Assembly: GCA_002269645.1 (NCBI GenBank)
Contig: NIVC01002466.1
Location: forward strand, 1 to 64,000
DNA from: Macrostomum lignano
Taxonomy: Eukaryota
Length of the DNA stretch: 64,000 nucleotides
Direction: 5' to 3'
Part shown: in pieces, positions 56,991-64,000 of the stretch
Numbering within the stretch: position 1 is the stretch's first letter
Layout: each line of letters starts with the position of its first letter
Made by a program: the position numbers and the translations under genes
The notes under the pieces: model-generated
The model's input: the letters and a program-made list of their open reading frames with translations, nothing else
What the model was told of the DNA's origin: nothing
Database searches by the model: none

Positions 56991-59900
56991 CAGACCGCTT
57001 CTTTTATGGTTGACATAGTGATTCTTTTTTCACTTTTTCTTGTGTTGAGTTTTCTTCTGTTCAAAGTAGAATTTATTAAAAAATTACACTGGTTAACCAT
57101 CACTTTAGCAATGGTTCACCAGCAGTTTAGCAATAATTCACCAGCACTTTCTGCAAAATCTACGAGCAGATGGCCACTTATCTCCATGTTTGAACCTAAC
57201 CCCCATTAGTAGGCATTTATCCCCACAACAACCTGAAATTATCCTTGCATATAATCCCACAAAAAGACTGCAGTTATTTCCTAGCAGCCTGCATTTATCA
57301 TCTACTTTGCATTCTACAACTTTTATTAAAATGAAGCATGTATACTCTCAGTGGCATATAATTGTCCCCAAAGCAAAAAAATATTTCACTTAGCAGCTCG
57401 TAGTAATCCCCTCAACAACTTGTACTTAATCTTTCACAGTTAATATTCAGTTAAAACTCAATAGTTTTTTGTTACCCTCAGAAGTCTGCCATTATCCCCC
57501 AATTAGTCAGCAGTTTTTCCTCTTAGCAGTCTGCAGCTATATGCTCATAAGTCTTGAGGAACTACCTCATCAATTTGCAGTTTTCCCCTCTGCAATCTGC
57601 AATGATCCCTTCGACAATCTGCAGTTCCCCTAAGCAGTCTGCAGTCATTCCATTTGCAGTCTACAACTGTTCCATTAACAATTTTCATTCATCCTCTCAG
57701 CAGCCTGCAGTTCTCCTCTCAGCCGGCTCCTCAGTCTCCTCTGCAAACTGCAATTGGCTCAGCATTTTACGGCTCACTAATAAATTTTTGATACATATTG
57801 GCAGTCTTGCAAAACTCAGCATTTAGTAATACCTTCAGCAGTTTTTTTCAGAATTGTCTGCAGTTTAGCAATTTCATACTTTCATGGAGCTAGGCAATAT
57901 ACCCATTGATGGGATCAGTACACTTGTAATACATTTACTCGAAGCAGTTTTTACAAATCAAATTTTGTTTTTTATAAATGGGCAAGTCATAGGCACTAAT
58001 AGGACCCTCATTGAAGTCCTTAATGATGAAATATTTGCCTAATGACTAAATAAGTAACAATTGCTATTAAAGCATATTTAAAATAATTGCATTGCCATTT
58101 TAAAGTAATTTGTCATTTTAAACTAAAAACTATAGTTTATAAATAACTTTAATAGCAGATATAACTTCTTTTTATAATAGAATATTTTATTTTTAACTTG
58201 AATAAAATATGCTTACATTATAAATCCCTTTATTCCTTTAAATTTAAAAAAAGATAAAAAGCAAAGCTTCCTCTTAAGCATTTATTTTGGCAACTAGATG
58301 TTTCGGTACACAGATGCTTTGGTTAATAGTTTCATAAAAACTAGACATTTTTGTTTCTATATAGGCCTTAGTTAAATAAAAAAGATAAAAAACCATTTAT
58401 TTATTTGACTTTAGTTTGTTATTGCAGATTTTGTGTAGCTAGCATGATAGCTAATGATAAATACATATAATTTTTAACCAAAAAGGAACCTTTAATAACC
58501 TAATCACTATTCACCCAAATGCCTAAGCACAGACAGTGAATGTTATAGAACTGTTCTTTTTCGGCTTAAACTACACTAAAATGTAGTATTTTTGCTTTAT
58601 TGATTTTTTACTAAAGCTTATGATTGTTATTCATATCTGATAGATTGATTATGAGTATTATTCATTTATACAAAACATAAACAACTACATTTAAATAATT
58701 TCAAGGTGTATAAAACTCAACCAAGGACAAAAAGAACATTAAATAAATTTTGAATATAGATATTTTTGTAAAAAACCTTTGTTTTATTTACAGAAAAGTA
58801 TTATAGTATATTATGTAAATTATGTATATTATATTTGTATTACATACTGTTTGCAGTTACACTACCTTCTGAGTATAGATTTTATTGTAGTCTAGCAGTG
58901 TTGAATACTACACTATGCTTGTTTTTAGTTAATGCTTGAAATGCTTATAGATTATCTTTACTTTTAATGCTGGACCTGCTGTGCCTACTATTAGTAGTCA
59001 CTAACTATTCAGTTTAGGCATGGGAAAATTCGTGTCATAACTTAATTGTAATTTTCCTTCTTGTCGCAGGGAAACCAGGGAAACCAAACCAAGGGAGAAT
59101 TCAAGCGTAGTCGCATCAGCATGTTGAGAGTCTTGATCTGAAGTCGATTGTACTTGGGAAACTTCAGGAAACTTTAGGGAAAATTGTGCAAACTTTGAAA
59201 ATTGATTTAGATGGCAAACAATGATTTGCGAAAAAAGAATGCGATTTAGACAGTCAGGATGGTACAGCATTTCTATTGCACAAAAAGCCCAGGTTAAAAA
59301 GTACATTGAGTTAAAAGGCCAATTGCCCAATTCATTTTGTGCTTTCATAATTTTCGATCAAAATGTCGAGTCAGCCAGCAGTTGTATGGGTTTCGACTGT
59401 TTCTGCACTTGAGATTTTAGAAGTTTTTGTTTGAAGGCGAGGCGACTACAGTCTCTTTCATCTCCTTCCCAACGACTGACTTTGCTATTCGCCCCGCCCC
59501 CTGCTCTTCTCCACTTACTCATTTAGTCTTGCCTTTACTTCACTCGCGTGCCTTGTGGCTTCTTCGGGTTAATGGGGACGGAGGGCTCATGTGTGTACAT
59601 CTGCGTGCGTGCAGGCTACAGGCACCCTTGCCCCCCTCTCTCTGTCCCTCTATCTGCTCGTTCGGGCCGTCTGCGACCGTCCCGTCTTTTTGTGTTCCTT
59701 TTTATCTTTTCTTTGGCAGCAGTGTCCTTGGCTTGTACTCTGTACTGTTAATAACTAAGCCGGCAAGCCGTCTCGAACCCAAGCTTTGCCAATCTGTTTC
59801 TACTTAACCAAAGATAAGCAGTTTACTGTCGGTTAGCTGTTTTGTCTGTTTACTCCGTTTGTAATTAGAAGTTCGATTTTTTATTCAAACTAATTCTTTA

Positions 59901-60583
59901 GAAATATTCTTATCTTATCTATTGCTGAAACTTCGAGACCAATAGAACTTGTCAGACTTCGTAGTTTTTGTTTTTGTCGATGACTAAAGTCGGTCGCTTT
60001 CTGCGAAGCTATTTTTTGTTGATTAAAAAGAGGCAGTAGAACTTTTCTGTCTCTCGTTTCTTTTGATGCTGCTGTGCACGCCATCAGCTATATAATTTTA
60101 CTATTTGCATCACCTGGCCTATTTAACCCAGGTAAACAAAACTGAGACGTCAGGGGGGGGGGGATCGAGCTCGCGGAACCGGACTGGCTCGCCAGATCTA
60201 GGACTTTTAGTCGGAGCATCCGCTGATCAAGTGCTCCTCCTGTGCATGACCGCTCTGGACTTGTGTCTTTCAGCTTGCGTGCTGTTTTCCATTTCTTTCC
60301 TTCCTATTTCTCTCTCCCCCGCTCTGCCCCCAAACCCTGGCGGGCGCGGGTTGTCTGGGCGCCGACTAGGGGGAAGGCCGGCACTGCCCGCCACCCGCTC
60401 CCTCTTCCAGGGCATCACGTGACTGCATGCCTGTGTACGGGCGGCTCCCTTATTTTTGAGCCGGGGGTCGCCTCTCCGCTGTAACTAGAAAAGACGGACA
60501 GACAGACAGATAGACTGGCTAATCATAGTTTTAATCTTCACAGATTGGTAGTTCATTTAAGGCGCGGATAATCTAGAAATGCA

Positions 60584-62287
60584 TTGATAGGTTTGCTATT
60601 CTTGAACATGCCAGTGGCTCAAAAGTCTTACAACAACTGTTTCCATTCCCAGCTGGACGGTGAAGCAAGCCAGCAGCATCGGCTGAACTATTTTATTGAC
60701 GGATCTTCAATGCAGGAGCAGAAATACGAGCCGCCCTCGCCGCTGTCTCTGCCGCAGCACAGCTTCATGCTGCAGCAGCAGCTTCCGCATAGCAACACAC
60801 CTGGCGGCCTGATGTCTCCGCCAGGCGCCGCGCCGCAGGTCAAGCGCAGCTTCACCAAATCCGGCGTTGTGCACCGCAAGAAGTGCCGGCACCCCAAAAC
60901 TCCGGCTGATTTGCTGCATAGGTTCTGCCTGGTGTGCGGGGCCAAGGCTGAGAATTATAACTTCGGCGTCATCAGCTGCGAGTCCTGCAAAGCGTTTTTC
61001 CGGCGCAACGCGCACAAGAAGACTCTGGGCGATGCCGGGTTCAGCTGCAGCTTCCAGCACGCCCGCTGCGAAGTCACCCTGGCGACGCGGAAGAAGTGCC
61101 CGGGCTGCCGGCTGGCCAAGTGCTTCCGCGTCGGCATGCAGGCCGACCTTATCCAGAAAGGTGAAGTGCTCACGGTTGGCGATGGAGTTCCCAGCGTCTC
61201 TGAGTCTGCGATGCCGTCGGTGCAGATGCGGCAATCGACCTCCAACGAGTATTATCAGTACCAGCCTGCGATGCCGCCGCTGACCCCGCCGCCTGTGCCG
61301 CCGCCGCAGCAGCAGCAGTTATTGTCGGTGCCGACCCCATCGACTTCGTCCAGCTGCCTAGCCCAGTCGCCGCCAAACAACGCCAGATGCTGGCAGGCGC
61401 TGTGGTACCACCTGCACAATCCCGTGCCGTCGGAACCGTCGCCCATCACCGACCTGGAATACAACGAAGCCATCGACGCCTCTGACAAGAAGTACGCCAA
61501 TGTACTTTTGGTTGATTTTATTGACGAACTGCAGCAGCTGGTGGCCGAGACCATGCTGTGCAACATCGCCACCCCGCCCAGTGTGCAGCTCGATCCGCAG
61601 CAGCTCTCCAGCTGCGTGTCCACCAACATCATCCTGTTGGAGGTCTTTGTTCGCCAGGCGGTGCTCTTTGTTCGCAAGATGCGCCAGATCAACCTGCTGG
61701 AGCGGCAGCACTTTCTGCAGCTTATCAAGTCCAGAATTCACTCGGTTATTTTCCCGCTGTCCTGCGCCGGCCTGAACCAGGCCGACGATCGCTACTATTT
61801 CACCATCAACGGCCAGCGGGTCTGCTGCCAGCCCATCGAGATGTTCAGCGACCTCGTCCGCCAGTCCGGCAATCGCCTGATCGACTATTCGCCTCTTAGC
61901 GAGTTCCGCACCTACGCTCGCTACCTTGGCGAGGCCACGGAGATGCGGCACGACCTGCTGGCGCTGTTCTGCGCCACCAAACTGCTGCACCTGCCGCCGG
62001 ACTCCGGCATCACGGATCCCCGCCTGGTGGACGCCTGCAAGCGGCTGAGCCTGCGCTACCACCAGCACATGACGGACACTCTGTTCTACCACTTCCCCTT
62101 CGACTACGAGGAGAAGCTGCAGCTCACCTGCCGCCTGTTCAAATGGTCGGAGACTTTCGATTCCACTCTGGACAAGTTCATCCTGTACTGCCCGCTGCAG
62201 ACTAGCGAGGACAACAACTGCATGGCTCTGCGCGAGCTGCGAGCCCGAGATCGGCAGTCTGCTGCTGAGAACGGCACTTCCGGCTAG
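60584..62287 (+). CDS. Nuclear hormone receptor, HR96/DAF-12 (NR1J)-type, single exon
   Basis: 567-codon ORF; the first ATG is at 60608. C4 zinc fingers CLVCGAKAENYNFGVISCESCKAFFRRNA..CSFQHARC..RKKCPGCRLAKCFRVGM; the P-box CESCKA is typical of NR1J. Followed by a Pro/Gln-rich hinge and a helical, divergent ligand-binding domain. Confidence 0.9.
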   Translation: MIGLLFLNMPVAQKSYNNCFHSQLDGEASQQHRLNYFIDGSSMQEQKYEPPSPLSLPQHSFMLQQQLPHSNTPGGLMSPPGAAPQVKRSFTKSGVVHRKKCRHPKTPADLLHRFCLVCGAKAENYNFGVISCESCKAFFRRNAHKKTLGDAGFSCSFQHARCEVTLATRKKCPGCRLAKCFRVGMQADLIQKGEVLTVGDGVPSVSESAMPSVQMRQSTSNEYYQYQPAMPPLTPPPVPPPQQQQLLSVPTPSTSSSCLAQSPPNNARCWQALWYHLHNPVPSEPSPITDLEYNEAIDASDKKYANVLLVDFIDELQQLVAETMLCNIATPPSVQLDPQQLSSCVSTNIILLEVFVRQAVLFVRKMRQINLLERQHFLQLIKSRIHSVIFPLSCAGLNQADDRYYFTINGQRVCCQPIEMFSDLVRQSGNRLIDYSPLSEFRTYARYLGEATEMRHDLLALFCATKLLHLPPDSGITDPRLVDACKRLSLRYHQHMTDTLFYHFPFDYEEKLQLTCRLFKWSETFDSTLDKFILYCPLQTSEDNNCMALRELRARDRQSAAENGTSG

Positions 62288-62795
62288 CAACCGAAGGCTG
62301 CTGGCTGCTGCCTGGCCATGACCAGCTGAGCCCCTGTCAGGCTTACTATTATTACTATTATTGATGTCGATAGTTTATCCCATTTATCGTTTGCTCTGCC
62401 CGCACCCCAGCGGATACGCACTACATGTGGAGCTGCTGTTGACATGCAAATGCGGCTAATGTGTTGTCATCAATAGGCAGTTTTGGCTTTTCTGCATCGA
62501 GTGTAATTATTATTATTATTTTAATTAGTATTGTTAAGCTTGGTTGTTTTCATCTCTAGGTGGCATCTATAGTATCTCGGGCCTGTTATTAATTTTTTTG
62601 CCTTGTCCTCAATGCTGTCTGAATTGACTGTCCCTTTTAATTCATTTGTTAATTCACTTTTTTAGATATCGTGTGTTTTGAGCAGTCTACGTGTAAAGTT
62701 AGACGGCTAACTTATAGTATCTACTAAAGGTGTGTTGTGCTTGGCATCATTTTGTTTATTTTTGTTCATTGGTCGGACCATCTGTTTCTATGGCA

Positions 62796-63135
62796 CCGGG
62801 GGTCGGGCAAACTTTTTACCTTGAGGGTCTGATAGAGAACGTAGAGTATGGCTGCGGGCCGGAGGAGGGGAGAGAGGAGAGGGAATGAAGAAGAGAGAAG
62901 GAAGATAAGAGAGAGGAGAGGCGAGAGAAGAGACGAGAGAGGAGATGAGGATAGAGGAGAGGAGATGGGGAGAGAAGACGAGAGGAGAGAGAAAATGATC
63001 GAGAGAAGAGAAGAAAGGAGAGAGGAGATGGAATGAAGAAGAGAGAAGGAAGATAAGAGAGAGGAGAGGAGAGAAGAAAAGGGAGAAAGACAGTAGCCCG
63101 TATGTGGACCGCGGGCCGGAGTTTGCCAATCCATG
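62796..63135. mobile_element. hAT/Charlie-like MITE with GA-rich interior, downstream of the nuclear receptor
   Basis: Left CCGGGGGTCGGGCAAACTTTTTACCTTGAGGGTC; right GTGGACCGCGGGCCGGAGTTTGCCAATCCATG; same family as 49864-50460. Confidence 0.7.
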
Positions 63136-63504
63136 TTCTCTAACATTTGTTTCCTTTAAGTCCAATCATTTTAAGCTGCGTCATTGATCCATTATTTGTA
63201 AAAAATTTGTGTTTGAATATCGCCAAAACTGCAAAACTTTAACAAAAAATTCTTGCCATATAAACAAACAGAATAATTCGGCGCTATTGTTGCTATGCAC
63301 AAATGCCACTCTTAGGCTGCCTCGGTAAAACTCAAAGCATTGGCCGTCGATTTTTTTATTCCCATTAACAGATGCTGCCCACCCACTCTTTGTTAATCTG
63401 TGAGCTGCGACCCTAATGCACCGATTTCATGATGGACTGTCCTAACTTAGCAGCAGCTACGAACCGTTCATAAAACCAAGAAAGAGCAGCCTGCTAACCC
63501 CCAC

Positions 63505-63880
63505 CCCTTTAGCCATAGACATCGGTTCGGTACGCTCTCTTAGTAGACTGATATTCCCCCCGCCTTTGGCCATAGACATCGGTTCGGTACACTCTCTCAG
63601 TAGACTGATATCCCCCCCGCCTTTGGCCATAGACATCGGTTCGGTACACTCTCTCAGTAGACTGATATTCCCCCCGCCTTTGGCCATAGACATCGGTTCG
63701 GTACACTCTCTTAGTAGACTGATATTCCCCCCGCCTTTGGCCATAGACATCGGTTCGGTACACTCTCTCAGTAGACTGATATCCCCCCCCCGCCTTTGGC
63801 CATAGACATCGGTTCGGTACACTCTCTCAGTAGACTGATATTCCCCCCGCCTTTGGCCATAGACATCGGTTCGGTACACT
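63505..63880. repeat. 57-bp minisatellite
   Basis: ~6.5 copies of GCCATAGACATCGGTTCGGTACACTCTCTCAGTAGACTGATATTCCCCCCGCCTTTG. Confidence 0.97.
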
Positions 63881-64000
63881 AGGACGACACTTCGTTTCTT
63901 GGAGGATTTATTGAAGGCTGATTTTCACGGAAAAAACGCACTAGAGAGATAGGAACTTTTCACTTTTTTCACTTTAAAATGGTGATAGTTTTTTATTGGA

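Noticed and set aside
59001-59348. QHADATTL resembling the RT YADD motif
   Set aside because: Spacing to any upstream D..AFD motif is too short and the catalytic residues are absent.
61358-62290. 310-aa ORF antisense to the nuclear receptor
   Set aside because: Shadow ORF of GC-rich, codon-biased coding sequence; no recognisable motifs.
42490-63880. 42-bp and 57-bp arrays considered as CRISPR-like
   Set aside because: Head-to-tail tandem copies without unique spacers; eukaryotic context; no cas genes.

Overview
Repeat-rich metazoan genomic DNA with GC-rich exons, AT-rich GT-AG introns and one 224-N scaffold gap (23894-24117). The style resembles the flatworm Macrostomum, but that is inference only. 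Genes: a spliced ACSF3 malonyl-CoA synthetase (minus strand, last exon outside the window, many 1-bp frameshifts); an intact 6-exon macroH2A (minus); an intronless divergent PP1 inhibitor-2-like gene (minus); a 21.5-41.1 kb cluster of secreted proteins with N-terminal PAN/apple-like modules (two PAN-fibrinogen copies flanking the gap, three PAN-PAN-PAN-LamG/ConA-like paralogs, one orphan exon fragment); and an intronless HR96/NR1J-type nuclear receptor (plus). Between the genes are tRNA-derived SINEs, hAT-type MITEs with 8-bp TSDs, a 2.8-kb TIR element with an 8-bp TSD, LINE remnants, Helitron-like ends and many mini/microsatellites. The best candidate for an undescribed system is the PAN-lectin cluster: a highly divergent first exon, a homogenised middle exon, a dimorphic C-terminal exon and one visibly mosaic paralog. 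No database searches could be run; all family calls come from recognised motifs and all alignments were made by eye.
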